Assembly (NCBI GenBank): GCA_964571795.1
Contig: CAZNDK010000012.1
Coordinates: forward strand, 2,029 to 66,028
DNA from: an uncultured Gemmatimonadaceae bacterium
GTDB lineage: Bacteria > Gemmatimonadota > Gemmatimonadetes > Gemmatimonadales > GWC2-71-9
Direction of reading: 5' to 3'
Length of the DNA stretch: 64,000 nucleotides
Below the pieces are notes generated by a model, which saw only the letters and a list, made by a program, of their open reading frames with translations, did not search any database and had not been told where the DNA came from. A program made the position numbers and the translations under genes. This document shows, piece after piece, positions 16,388-26,101 of the stretch. Each line of letters begins with the position of its first letter. Positions within the stretch are counted from its first letter, which is position 1.

Positions 16388-16740
16388 CCCGGGGACCATC
16401 GCTTCCCCCGTCGCTCCGGACCGCCATCCAGGCGGCCGACGACCTGAAGGCGCGCGAATTAGTCGTACTCGACTTGCGGGGCCTGAATGATGCAGCGGAT
16501 TTCTTCGTGGTGGGGTCGGGAACGTCGGATGCGCATGTCCGCGGCATCGCGCACGCGGTCCTCGACGCGCTGGCCCGGCAGGGACAGCACCCGCACCACG
16601 TCGAGGGGCTGCCCTCCGGGCGATGGGTCCTGCTCGACTTCGTGGATTTCGTGGTGCACCTCTTCCACCCGGAGGCGCGGGCGTTCTACCAGCTCGAGCG
16701 GCTCTGGGACGATGCCCCGGCGCTCACCCCGCACCCGTAA
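16384..16740 (+). CDS. rsfS: Ribosome silencing factor RsfS
   Basis: The last 118 codons of ORF-track entry 15412-16740. The upstream part of that ORF is an out-of-frame overlap of the previous gene. GTG 16384 overlaps the preceding stop (GAGTGA). Motifs: ELVVLDLRGLNDAADFFVVGSGTSDAHVRGIA...WVLLDFVDFVVHLFHPEARAFYQLERLW. Confidence 0.85.
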   Translation: MTRGPSLPPSLRTAIQAADDLKARELVVLDLRGLNDAADFFVVGSGTSDAHVRGIAHAVLDALARQGQHPHHVEGLPSGRWVLLDFVDFVVHLFHPEARAFYQLERLWDDAPALTPHP

Positions 16741-16756
16741 CCTGCTCCGGACCCTC

Positions 16757-19700
16757 ATGACCCTGCGGTCCCTCTGCCTGCTTGCCCTCGTCTCGGCCGT
16801 GCCCACGGCCGCGTCGGCGCAGTATTTCGGCCAGAACCGGGTCATGTACACTACGTTCGACTTCGAGATCATCCACACCAAGCACTTCGACATCTACTTC
16901 TACCCGCGCGAGCGGGAGGCGTCGCTCGATGCGGCCCGGATGGCCGAGCGCTCGTACGGCCGGTTGTCCACGCTGCTGAACCACCAGTTCATCGAGCGGA
17001 AGCCGATCATCCTGTACGCCTCGCACTCCGACTTCCAGCAGACCAACGCGCTGGGCGGCGACATCAGCGAGGCGACGGGCGGTGTCACCGACTTCATGAA
17101 GCACCGCGCCATCATGCCGTTCACCGGGGCGTACAAGGACTTCGACCACGTCCTGATGCACGAAATGGTGCACCAGTTCCAGTATGACACCTGGTCGCAC
17201 GGCAAGGCGGGCTCCGGCGTCGCCACCATCATCCAGGTGAACCCGCCGCTCTGGTTCGCCGAGGGCATGGCGGAGTACCTGTCGCTCGGGGAAATCACGC
17301 CCGAGACGGCCATGTGGCTGCGCGACGCCGTCCTGCAGGGGAAGCTGCCCACCATCCAGCAGCTCACCTACGACCCCTACATCTTCCCCTATCGCTTCGG
17401 GCATGCGCTGTGGGCCTATATCGGCATGCGCTGGGGCGACGAGGCAGTCGGCGCCATCCTGTCCGCCACCCTCGGGGGCGGGGGCGTCGAGGGCGCCTTC
17501 CAGCGGGTGCTCGGCATCACCCTGGCGCAGCTCTCCGTCCAATGGCGCGACTGGGTCCAGACGACCTACCTCCCCGACGTGGCGGCCCGGCAGCTGGCGT
17601 CGGCGGTCGGCAAGCCGCTCCTGACCAAGGACGTCTCCGGCGGCACGCTGCACGTGGCGCCGGCGCTCTCGCCGGACGGCAAGCACATCGCCTACCTGAG
17701 CGAGCGGAACTTCTTCTTCATCGACTTTTACCTGGCCGATGGTGAGACCGGCAAGGTCATCAAGCGGCTCGCCAAGTCGGTGTTCGACGCGAACTACGAG
17801 ACCTTCCGCTACCTGAGCTCGAGCGCGTCGTGGTCGCCGGACAGCAAGTACCTGGTGTTCGCCGCCAAGGCCAAGGATTACGACAACATCGTGGTGTTCG
17901 ACCCGCGGCGGAGCAAGGCCGTGCGGCGCATTCACGTGAACCTGAACGGCATCACGTCGCCGGTGTTCAGCCCCGACGGCAAGCAGCTGGCGTTCAGCGG
18001 GCAGAACGGCGGCATTTCGGACCTGTTCGTGGTCAACGTCGACGGGTCGGGCCTCCGGCAGCTCACCAACGACAAGTACGCCCAGCTGATGCCCGCATGG
18101 TCGCCGGACGGGCACACAATCGCCTACGTGACCGACGAGGGGCCGGAAACGAACTTCACCGACCTGGCGTTCGGCAACCTGCGCGTGGCGCTGTTCGACG
18201 TCGACGTCGGGAAGCGGGAACTCCTGCCCCACATGGAATCGGGGCGGAACATCAGCCCGCAGTGGGCCCCCGACGGCAAGTCCTTCGCCTTCGTGTCCGA
18301 CCGGACCGGCATCGCCAACATCTACCTGTACGAGCTGGGCGGTGACATCTACCAGATCACCAACCTGTTCACCGGCGCCCAGTCCGCCACGCCGCTCTCC
18401 CCTGCCCTGAGCTGGGCGCGTGACGCCGACCGCCTCGCGTTCGTGTACTTCGAGAACCAGAACAACGACGTCTACACCATCCAGAACCCGCGCGCGCTGA
18501 TGCGCGAGCCCTGGCAGCCCCCCGACTCGGCGGCGGATGCGGCCCTGCTGGCGGCCAGTGCAGAGGCTGCCGCCGCACCGCCCGGTGATGTCCGACCGAC
18601 CCCGCAGGCCCCGGCCGCCGTGGCGGCCGCGCCGCCGCCGGCGCCCCGGCCCGATTCCGCTGCGGCCAATCCGGTGCCCGGTGTGCCGCAGGTGAAGGAG
18701 GGCGGCTCGATCTACCGCACGCCGACCGGCTTCCGTGCCGCGGCGCAAGCTCCGGTGGTGACCGACACCGCCGGCCGCCGCCTGGGCGAGGTGACGGTGG
18801 TCGGCCTGCTCGATTCGGCGTCGCTCTTCCTGCCGGACACGAACAGCTTCACCATCGGGCCGTACAAGCGGAAGTTCACGCCCGAAACGACGGCCCGCCC
18901 CTCCGTGGGCTATACCCGAGACAACTTCGGGAACGGGATCTACGGCGGCGGCGCCATCCAGTTCGGCGACATGCTCGGCGACGAGCAGCTGATCTTCGCG
19001 GGATACATCAACGGGTCACTGAACCAGGGCGACTTCCTCGCGGCCTACGCCAACCTGGGGCACCGGATCAACTGGGCCTTCGGGTTCCAGCAGACACCGA
19101 CCTACTTCGTGCTTCAGCCGGTCGTGATCGCCGGGTCGCCCACGCCCGCCGAGAATCGGTATGTGACCAGCACGCGGCTGATCACCGCACGCAACATTTT
19201 CGGGCGCGCCTATTACAACATCAACCGCTTCCAGCGCCTGGAAATGGGATTGTCCCTCGGGCAGTGGGACGACGCCATCCTGAGCTACGTGGAGACCTAC
19301 GACCGCGTGACTGGCCAGCCGACGGCCGACCCGTTCTCCGAGACGTTCTACTCCGACGGCCAGCGCGCCATGACCCCCTCCGTGGCCCTGGTGTACGACG
19401 CCACCTTCATGGGATGGATCGGCCCGCTGTTCGGCACCCGCTACCGGCTGGAAATCGCGCAGACGATGGGCGACTGGAACGTCTCGCAACTGCTGGCCGA
19501 CTACCGGAAGTACATCCCCCTCAAGGGGCCCATCATCCTCGCCGCGCGGGCGCTCTACGCGGGCCGGCGGGGCCCCGACGCCGGGCAGGTCACGTACTTC
19601 CTGGGCAGCACCGACCTGGTGCGCGGCCGGACCTCCGGCTCCTATTACAAGTACGAGTGCACCACCACCAGCGGCGGCATCAACTCCATCACCGGCTGCC

Positions 19701-20050
19701 GCGCGCTGGACCAGATGGTCGGCACCGAGATCGCGGTCGGCAACCTCGAGCTTCGCTTCCCCGTGGTGAATTCCTACCTCGGCATCGGCCCGCAGGGGCT
19801 GCCGTACGTGGACGGCGTCGCGTGGATCGACTACGGCGTGGCGTGGAACAGCTACAACACGGTCGCGTTCAAGGTGGACCCCAACGCTTCCCCGGCCAAG
19901 CAGCTGGAAACGCGGGTCCCAGTCACGACCATTGGATTCGGGCTCCGGATGAACCTCTTCGGCTACCTCATCCTGCGCGGCGACTTCTCGTACCCGCAGG
20001 GCCGCGGCATTCCGCCGTACTGGACCATCAGCATCGGGCCGCCGTTCTGA
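16757..20050 (+). CDS. Outer-membrane multidomain protein: MA-type HExxH peptidase-like domain + PD40/TolB-like beta-propeller + Pro/Ala linker + Omp85/BamA-like beta-barrel
   Basis: ORF 16487-20050. ATG 16757 gives the signal peptide MTLRSLCLLALVSAVPTAASAQ. HEMVH lies at nt 17159-17173. There are at least 5 PD40 repeats (SPDGKHIAYLS, WSPDSKYLVF, FSPDGKQLAF, WSPDGHTIAY, WAPDGKSFAF) and a P/A-rich linker at about nt 18510-18700. The C-terminus carries Omp85 motifs (GNLELRFPV, GVAWIDYGVAW, GFGLRMNLFGYLILRGDFSYP) and ends ...ISIGPPF. Confidence 0.9.
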   Translation: MTLRSLCLLALVSAVPTAASAQYFGQNRVMYTTFDFEIIHTKHFDIYFYPREREASLDAARMAERSYGRLSTLLNHQFIERKPIILYASHSDFQQTNALGGDISEATGGVTDFMKHRAIMPFTGAYKDFDHVLMHEMVHQFQYDTWSHGKAGSGVATIIQVNPPLWFAEGMAEYLSLGEITPETAMWLRDAVLQGKLPTIQQLTYDPYIFPYRFGHALWAYIGMRWGDEAVGAILSATLGGGGVEGAFQRVLGITLAQLSVQWRDWVQTTYLPDVAARQLASAVGKPLLTKDVSGGTLHVAPALSPDGKHIAYLSERNFFFIDFYLADGETGKVIKRLAKSVFDANYETFRYLSSSASWSPDSKYLVFAAKAKDYDNIVVFDPRRSKAVRRIHVNLNGITSPVFSPDGKQLAFSGQNGGISDLFVVNVDGSGLRQLTNDKYAQLMPAWSPDGHTIAYVTDEGPETNFTDLAFGNLRVALFDVDVGKRELLPHMESGRNISPQWAPDGKSFAFVSDRTGIANIYLYELGGDIYQITNLFTGAQSATPLSPALSWARDADRLAFVYFENQNNDVYTIQNPRALMREPWQPPDSAADAALLAASAEAAAAPPGDVRPTPQAPAAVAAAPPPAPRPDSAAANPVPGVPQVKEGGSIYRTPTGFRAAAQAPVVTDTAGRRLGEVTVVGLLDSASLFLPDTNSFTIGPYKRKFTPETTARPSVGYTRDNFGNGIYGGGAIQFGDMLGDEQLIFAGYINGSLNQGDFLAAYANLGHRINWAFGFQQTPTYFVLQPVVIAGSPTPAENRYVTSTRLITARNIFGRAYYNINRFQRLEMGLSLGQWDDAILSYVETYDRVTGQPTADPFSETFYSDGQRAMTPSVALVYDATFMGWIGPLFGTRYRLEIAQTMGDWNVSQLLADYRKYIPLKGPIILAARALYAGRRGPDAGQVTYFLGSTDLVRGRTSGSYYKYECTTTSGGINSITGCRALDQMVGTEIAVGNLELRFPVVNSYLGIGPQGLPYVDGVAWIDYGVAWNSYNTVAFKVDPNASPAKQLETRVPVTTIGFGLRMNLFGYLILRGDFSYPQGRGIPPYWTISIGPPF

Positions 20051-20103
20051 TTCCCGCCTGACCCGGGGCTCCTCACGCTCTGGCCCCTGCCCCGCCAAAC
20101 GCC

Positions 20104-20109
20104 TATTTT
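20104..20109 (+). promoter_or_regulatory. Candidate -10 box TATTTT, 6 nt upstream of GTG 20116 (leaderless-type)
   Basis: gccTATTTTtcgccgGTGctc with no Shine-Dalgarno. It is the only AT-rich patch in the 65-nt intergenic region. Confidence 0.3.
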
Positions 20110-20115
20110 TCGCCG

Positions 20116-21519
20116 GTGCTCCCCCGATATCTGAACGGCCTGGCCGCGCTTGCGGCCGGCCTCATGGCCTGTCAAGGAACCTCCGGCCCAGGCGCCGGTG
20201 CGCTTCCGCCCGCTTCCCAGGCCGTGCCCAGCACCAGCCTCCTCCGCCTGCCCCGCGCCGGTGGCGCGCCGAAGCTCTACGCCGGAGCCGACCTGGAGGA
20301 CCTCGGCTGGAGAGCCCGCGCGCGGACTCCGGCCATGCAGATGGTCGTGGGGTTCGACCTCGACCAGGGACTCGCGTATGCGGTGGATTCTGCCGGTGGC
20401 CTCCAGGCGCTGGACGTCACCACCGGCACCGCACGGGTGCTGGCTCCCGGGGTGCAGGGCGTGGTGCTCGGCCCGGAAGGAACGCTCTGGGTAGTGGACG
20501 ACAAGGAAGGGGTGGTGCGCATCCGCCACCGCTTCGCGGAGCGGCTCGCCGCCACGCTTCCCAGCCGGCCGATTGCACTCTACGGCACCGGCGACCGTCA
20601 GCTGCTCGCCATCGAGCCCGGCGACACCGCGCGCGCCGTCCTGCTGGCCGGCGCCCAGCCGGGCATCACCGCCGACCTGCCCACCGCCGTCACCGCCGCC
20701 TCGCCCTGGGGCGACTTGCTGGCAGTCGCGGCGCCGACCGGTGTTTACCTTTGGGCTCCGCGCGGCGCGGCGCCGATGCGCCGGGTGCGCGTGAGCGGGA
20801 CGCCCCGCGCGGTCCGGTTCTCCGCCTCCGGCCACCGGATCTACGTCGGGCGCGAATCCGAGGACCTCGCCGTCATCGAGCGCTACGGCGGCGAGCGACT
20901 GGACGACATTTCCATTCCGGGCGCCGCAGCCGGGCTCCGGGTGGCCCCGTACGGCGGGTGGCTCCTGGCCCGCCCCGCCGAGGGGGACACGCTCTGGATC
21001 GTGAACCTGGCCACCGGCAAGTACGCCGGCGCCGTGATCGCCCCATGGGGACCGGACCTGCCCACCGTCCTCGGCGATGCGACGCTCCTCGTCCGGCGCG
21101 GACGCGATGTGGTGGCGCTCGCCCTTGGCGAGGCCGGGTTTCCCGAGACGGGACGGCTGAAGGGGGCCGCCGGCGACCTCTTCCTCCCGATGCCCTGGCT
21201 CCCGGCGGGCAACCGACCCGAGCCAGTCGTGGCGCAGGTCGACACCGCGAGAGGCGCACCGGCGGACAGCGCTGAGGCGCTCGCTGCGCCGGTGGTGAGT
21301 GGTGCCGCGATGTACCTGCAGGTGAGCCGGTCGCAGAACCCGGCGTGGGCCCAGGCGCTGGCCGAAGAGATCCGGGGCGAGGGCTATCCGGCCCTGGTGC
21401 TCGATCCGGCACCCGGCGAGGAAGCGTACCGTGTGGTGGTGGGTCCCTACCCCTCTCGCGAGGCAGCCGAGTCGGCTGGTCGCCAGCTGGGCCGTCCGTC
21501 CTTCATCTACCAACCCTAG
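20116..21519 (+). CDS. SPOR domain-containing lipoprotein
   Basis: 467 aa with a lipobox (AAGLMAC). C-terminal SPOR domain (AMYLQVSRSQNPAWAQALAEEIRGEGYPALVLDPAPGEEAYRVVVGPYPSREAAESAGRQL). Confidence 0.8.
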   Translation: MLPRYLNGLAALAAGLMACQGTSGPGAGALPPASQAVPSTSLLRLPRAGGAPKLYAGADLEDLGWRARARTPAMQMVVGFDLDQGLAYAVDSAGGLQALDVTTGTARVLAPGVQGVVLGPEGTLWVVDDKEGVVRIRHRFAERLAATLPSRPIALYGTGDRQLLAIEPGDTARAVLLAGAQPGITADLPTAVTAASPWGDLLAVAAPTGVYLWAPRGAAPMRRVRVSGTPRAVRFSASGHRIYVGRESEDLAVIERYGGERLDDISIPGAAAGLRVAPYGGWLLARPAEGDTLWIVNLATGKYAGAVIAPWGPDLPTVLGDATLLVRRGRDVVALALGEAGFPETGRLKGAAGDLFLPMPWLPAGNRPEPVVAQVDTARGAPADSAEALAAPVVSGAAMYLQVSRSQNPAWAQALAEEIRGEGYPALVLDPAPGEEAYRVVVGPYPSREAAESAGRQLGRPSFIYQP

Positions 21520-21539
21520 CCGGACCAGGAACTCCCCCC

Positions 21540-24500
21540 ATGAAGCTCTCCAAGCTCGAGCTGTCCGGCTTCAAGTCGTTCGCGGACACCGTGACCCTCA
21601 CCTTCGAAGAAGGCGTGACGGCCATCGTGGGCCCGAACGGGTGCGGAAAGTCGAACGTGAGCGACGCCGTGCGGTGGGTGCTCGGGGAGCAGTCGGCCCG
21701 GCTCCTCCGCGGCGGCAAGATGGAGGACGTGATCTTCCAGGGGGCGGCGGGGCGCCGGCCGGTCAATGTGACGGAGGTTTCCCTCTACCTCGACAACTCC
21801 GACGGCACGTTGCCGATCGCCTTCCAGGAAGTGCAGATCACCCGCCGGCTCTCCCGCTCCGGCCACAGCGAGTACCTGCTGAACCGCGCCCCGGTCCGGC
21901 TGCGCGACATCCAGGACCTGCTCCGCGGTACCGGCCTCGGCGGCGACGCGGGGGTGGTGATCGAGGCGAAGATGATCGACCTCCTCCTCTCGGACCGGGC
22001 CGACGAGCGCCGGTCGCTCTTCGAGGAAGCGGCGGGCATCGGGCTCTACCGCGACCGGAAGCACAGCACCGAACGGCGCCTGGAGGAAACGGCGCTCGAC
22101 CTGCAGCGGGTGGAAGACCTCGTGGCCGAGGTTCAGTCGCAACTGCGGAGCCTGGCCCGCCAGCGGGGGCGCGCGGAGCGGCACGTGAAGCTCATGGAGG
22201 AGAAGTTCGCGGTGCAGCTCACCCTGGCGCGAAAGCACCTCGACCGGCTCAGCACCGAGGTGCAGGACAAGGAGGCCCGCTACGCCGAGCTGGCGGAGGC
22301 CCTGCCCCAGCGCCGGACGGCGCTGGCCACGGTCGAGCTCGAGCGCGAGGAGGCTGCCCGCCACCGGGCCGCGGCCGAAGCGGCGCGCACCGATATTGCC
22401 CGCCGGCTCGGCGAGGTGCGGGTGAGCCTGGGCCGCCTGGAGGGCGACCTCAATCTCGCCACCGAGCGCCTGGCCAATGCCGGCAGCCGGCGGGTCCGGG
22501 CGCTCGAGGAACGGGGCCTCATGGAGCAACGCGCCCAGCAGGCGCTCCGTGAGCGGGACATCGCCCTGCAGGAGCGCGACGCCGCGCAGGCGGACTACGA
22601 CCGGATCCAGGGCGAGCTGCAGGGACGCGCCAGCGTCGAGGACGCCGTGCGCAACCGGCTCGCCGAGCAGCGAGGCCAGGTGCGCCAAATGGAGGAGTCG
22701 CTGCAGCGCCAGGCAGAAACCCTCCGCTCGCTTGAGGGCGAACGGGCCGCGCTGGAGACCGACCTGGCGGCACTTCGCGACCGGGCCGTCCAGGCGGCCG
22801 CCCTGCGAGACGGGCTCCGCCAGGAGCTCGACGCGGCCACCCGCCGCCGGGACGCGTTGGCGTCCGAGGCTGCGCGCCTGGTCGACGCCAACCGCGAGGC
22901 CGCCGCCGACGCCGAGCGCGCGCGCCACCTGCTGGCCGAGACCCGCGAGCACGAGGCATTGGCTCGCGCCGACCGGAGGCGGGCGGAGGAAGCCGTGGCC
23001 CAGCTCTCGGCCCGGCACGAGGCCCTCGCCGAACTGGAGCGCGACCGCGTAGGGCTGGCCCCCGGCGCCGCCGCCCTCCTGTCCGCGCGTGACCGTTTCG
23101 GCGACGCGGTGCTCGGACCGCTCAGCGACTTCCTGCGCACAGGCGCGGAGGACGCCGAACTCGCCGAGAAGCTCCTCGGAGAATGGGTGCACGCCGTCCT
23201 GGTCCGCGACGACGCCGCGGTGCGCGCCATCCAGCAGTGGCATGCCGAGGCCGAACCCGGCGCCATTGTACTGCTCTCGGCCGAGCGCGGCCCCGCCCGT
23301 GACGGCGGCGCTCACCCCCTGGAGCATGCGCTTCGGGTGGAGAACTCCGCCGCCGCCCGGTGGGTGCGCGCCCTCCTGGGCGGTTCGGAGGTGCTCGATC
23401 CGTCGGGCCGCGCGCTCCGCCGGAGCAACGGCGCGGTGCTGCTCTCCGGCGTCGGCACCCCCTCGGGCCCGCTCCGGCGGCGGGCCGAACTCGAGTCGCT
23501 GGGCGAGGACCTCGCCACGGCGCGCGCCACGCTCGCCGCCGCGGCCGCCGCGGTCGACACGACCGTGGCCCGGCTCGGCGAGCTCGAACGCGGGCTCGCC
23601 GCCGCCACCGAGCGGGCCGACCGCGCGCGCGAGGCCGAACGCACCGGCGTCGCCGCGCGCGACGACGCCGAACGGCTCGTGTCAACGCGCAGTCGCGAGC
23701 TGCAGGAGTCCGACACCCAGGTGGCGCGCGTCACCGAGCGGCTGTCGGCCTCCGAGTCCCGGCTCCGCGAGGTCGACGGCGCCCTCACCGAGGGAGAACT
23801 CACCAAGGTGCGGGTCGACGAGGCGCTCGGCGTGGGCCGCCGGCTCCTCGCCGAACTGGAAACGGAGCAGGAGTCCGCCCGCGAGGCCCGGGTGCACTGG
23901 CAGGTGCAGCTCGCGCACGTCGAGGCGCGGCTCCTCGGCGCCGGCGAGCGGCTCACCCGCGCGGAACAGATCGGGCAGGAAGCGACGGGGTCCGCGGCCG
24001 CACTCGCCGGCGAGCTCACGCAGCTTGAGGGCGACACCGCCGAACTCGAGGCGCAGCGCGTCACCTGGATCGAGGAGCGCGCCGAGCGCCGGATTACCCT
24101 GCTCGAGCTCGAGGCCGCGGCGGCCGACGCCGAAGAGGCGCTCTCGCTCGCAGACGAGGCCCTCGGCGCCTCCGAGCGCCGCCTCCACGACGACCGCGAG
24201 GGACTCGGCCGTTCGACCGAGGAGCACCACCGGCTGCAACTGGATCTCTCGGAGGCGGGCGCCGAACGACGCCGGATCGTGGAGCGCGTGGAAACCGAGT
24301 GGAAACGCCCCATCGACCAGCTGTTCGACGGCGCCCCTTTCCTCGACCTCGACCTCGAGACCCTCGAGCTCGAGTCCGCCCGCGTCCTCGCGGCCCTGGA
24401 GAGCATCGGCGTCGTGAACCCGCTCGCGGTGGAGGAGTACGCCGAGGAGAGCAAGCGCCTGGAGTTCCTGTCCGCCCAGCGCGACGACCTCGTGGCCGCG

Positions 24501-25010
24501 CGGCAGTCGCTCCAGCAGGCCATCCGCGAAATCGACGGCACCGCCCAGGCCATGTTCCTCGAGACCTTCACGGCGGTGCGCGCCAACTTCCTGACCGTCT
24601 TCCAGACGCTCTTCGGCGGCGGCGAGTGCGACCTCCGGCTGTCGATCGAGGGCGATCCCCTCGAGAGCGAAATCGAGATCCACGCCGCGCCCCGCGGCAA
24701 GCGGACCCAGCGCATCCACCTGCTCTCCAGCGGCGAGCGGACGCTGGTGGCGGTGTCGCTGCTGTTCAGCATCTACCTGACCAAGCCCAGCCCCTTCTGC
24801 CTCATGGACGAGGTGGACGCGCCGCTCGACGACTCGAACGTCGGCCGGTTCACCCGGCTGCTCGATGAGTTCAAGCACAGCAGCCAGTTCCTGGTCATCA
24901 CCCACAACCCGCGCACCATGCAGGCGGCGGACGCGGTCTACGGGGTCACGATGCAGGAGCCCGGGGTGTCCACCATCGTGGGCGTGCGGCTGGGCGAGCC
25001 GGTCCTCTGA
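21540..25010 (+). CDS. smc: Chromosome segregation protein SMC
   Basis: ORF 21345-25010. ATG 21540 gives MKLSKLELSGFKSFADTVTLTFEEGVTAIVGPNGCGKSNVSDAVRWVLGEQS (Walker A). It has long coiled coils and a hinge. C-terminal motifs: LSSGERTLVAV, Walker B FCLMDEVDAPLD, and FLVITHNPRTM. Confidence 0.95.
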   Translation: MKLSKLELSGFKSFADTVTLTFEEGVTAIVGPNGCGKSNVSDAVRWVLGEQSARLLRGGKMEDVIFQGAAGRRPVNVTEVSLYLDNSDGTLPIAFQEVQITRRLSRSGHSEYLLNRAPVRLRDIQDLLRGTGLGGDAGVVIEAKMIDLLLSDRADERRSLFEEAAGIGLYRDRKHSTERRLEETALDLQRVEDLVAEVQSQLRSLARQRGRAERHVKLMEEKFAVQLTLARKHLDRLSTEVQDKEARYAELAEALPQRRTALATVELEREEAARHRAAAEAARTDIARRLGEVRVSLGRLEGDLNLATERLANAGSRRVRALEERGLMEQRAQQALRERDIALQERDAAQADYDRIQGELQGRASVEDAVRNRLAEQRGQVRQMEESLQRQAETLRSLEGERAALETDLAALRDRAVQAAALRDGLRQELDAATRRRDALASEAARLVDANREAAADAERARHLLAETREHEALARADRRRAEEAVAQLSARHEALAELERDRVGLAPGAAALLSARDRFGDAVLGPLSDFLRTGAEDAELAEKLLGEWVHAVLVRDDAAVRAIQQWHAEAEPGAIVLLSAERGPARDGGAHPLEHALRVENSAAARWVRALLGGSEVLDPSGRALRRSNGAVLLSGVGTPSGPLRRRAELESLGEDLATARATLAAAAAAVDTTVARLGELERGLAAATERADRAREAERTGVAARDDAERLVSTRSRELQESDTQVARVTERLSASESRLREVDGALTEGELTKVRVDEALGVGRRLLAELETEQESAREARVHWQVQLAHVEARLLGAGERLTRAEQIGQEATGSAAALAGELTQLEGDTAELEAQRVTWIEERAERRITLLELEAAAADAEEALSLADEALGASERRLHDDREGLGRSTEEHHRLQLDLSEAGAERRRIVERVETEWKRPIDQLFDGAPFLDLDLETLELESARVLAALESIGVVNPLAVEEYAEESKRLEFLSAQRDDLVAARQSLQQAIREIDGTAQAMFLETFTAVRANFLTVFQTLFGGGECDLRLSIEGDPLESEIEIHAAPRGKRTQRIHLLSSGERTLVAVSLLFSIYLTKPSPFCLMDEVDAPLDDSNVGRFTRLLDEFKHSSQFLVITHNPRTMQAADAVYGVTMQEPGVSTIVGVRLGEPVL

Positions 25011-25060
25011 CGGGAGCGAATTCGGTTGGGCCGGGGTAGTATTCTGGTGGGAGGCAACGC

Positions 25061-26101
25061 ATGCTCGTCGTAATGCGCCATGACGCCCGGGCGGAGGACA
25101 TCCGGGCCGTCATCGAGGCCATCGAGAATATGGGGTTCCAGGCGCATCCGATGCCGGGCCGGCACCGGAGCACCGTGGGCGTGGTCGGCAACGACGGCCG
25201 CGTGGACGGGTCGCGCCTGCTCGGGCTGGATGGCGTGCAGGAAGTCATCCACGTCACCCAGCCCTACAAGCGGGTGTCGCGGGAGTGGCAGGCCGATTCC
25301 ACCGTCATCCGCCTTCCTGGCGGGCTGACCATCGGCGGCGAGGACGTGCAGGTCATGGCCGGCCCCTGCTCCGTGGAGGGGGAGGCCCAGCTCCTCCAGG
25401 CCGCGCACGCAGTCAAGGACGCGGGCGCCACGATCCTGCGCGCCGGTGCCTTCAAGCCCCGCAGCTCCCCCTACTCGTTCCAGGGACTCGGCCGGAAGGG
25501 GCTGGAGCTCCTGGCCAAGGCCCGGCGGGAAACCGGCCTCCTGATCGTGACCGAGGCCGTGGACCCCGAGGGCGTCGACTACGTGGCCGAGGTGGCCGAC
25601 ATCATCCAGATCGGCGCCCGCAACATGCAGAACTATTCCCTGCTCCGCCGGGCCGGGAAGGCGGGCAAGCCGGTGCTCATCAAGCGGGGCATCGCCGCCA
25701 CCATCCAGGAGCTGCTGCTCGCCGCCGAGTACGTCCTGGCGGAGGGGAACCCCGACGTGATCCTCTGTGAGCGCGGCATCCGCAGCTACGACACCCAGAC
25801 CCGCAACCTGTTCGACGTGAGCGCCATCCCGATCGTGCACTCGCTGTCGCACTTGCCCATCGTGGCGGACCCGAGCCACGGCACCGGGCGCCGCGACATG
25901 GTGCCCTCCATGGCCCGCGCGGCCGTGGCCGCGGGCGCCGACGGCCTCCTGATCGAGGTGCACCCGAATCCCGACCAGGCGCTGTCCGACGGGGCCCAGA
26001 GCCTCCGGCCCGAGCAGTTCGACCGCACCATGACCGAGCTCCGGCTCATTGCCGAGGCCATCGGGCGCCGGATCGCCGAACCGGTCGGGGCGCGCACGTG
26101 A
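25061..26101 (+). CDS. aroF: 3-deoxy-7-phosphoheptulonate (DAHP) synthase, type I-beta, with an N-terminal ferredoxin-like regulatory domain
   Basis: [33 protein letters not shown]... (regulatory domain), then the KDO8PS/DAHPS-type barrel ([53 protein letters not shown]). GGGAGG Shine-Dalgarno. Confidence 0.93.
   Translation: MLVVMRHDARAEDIRAVIEAIENMGFQAHPMPGRHRSTVGVVGNDGRVDGSRLLGLDGVQEVIHVTQPYKRVSREWQADSTVIRLPGGLTIGGEDVQVMAGPCSVEGEAQLLQAAHAVKDAGATILRAGAFKPRSSPYSFQGLGRKGLELLAKARRETGLLIVTEAVDPEGVDYVAEVADIIQIGARNMQNYSLLRRAGKAGKPVLIKRGIAATIQELLLAAEYVLAEGNPDVILCERGIRSYDTQTRNLFDVSAIPIVHSLSHLPIVADPSHGTGRRDMVPSMARAAVAAGADGLLIEVHPNPDQALSDGAQSLRPEQFDRTMTELRLIAEAIGRRIAEPVGART

Noticed and set aside
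14513-16547. ORFs 14513-15787 (-), 15788-16399 (-), 15819-16547 (-) and 15412-16383 (+) overlapping the Dak2/DegV gene
   Set aside because: These are antisense or out-of-frame reads with Arg/Pro/Gly-rich composition. Only the last 118 codons of 15412-16740 (rsfS) show homology.
16724-21513. ORFs 16724-18748 (-), 19016-20098 (-) and 19963-21513 (-) opposite the peptidase/PD40/Omp85 gene and the SPOR lipoprotein gene
   Set aside because: They have the same artefact signature. The sense frames carry repeated PD40, Omp85 and SPOR motifs.
21516-24905. Stack of long antisense ORFs under smc (21516-23327, 22595-23266, 23312-24772, 23682-24905) plus alternative sense-strand frames
   Set aside because: The coiled-coil-encoding Ala/Glu/Arg/Leu-rich DNA is open in nearly all frames. 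The products are Arg/Ser/Ala homopolymer-like, and smc homology accounts for the region.
21540-25010. SMC as part of a defence system (Wadjet/Lamassu-type)
   Set aside because: It is a full-length canonical condensin-type SMC with a housekeeping N-terminus. No JetABCD/LmuAB-like partners flank it; its neighbours are a SPOR lipoprotein and DAHP synthase.
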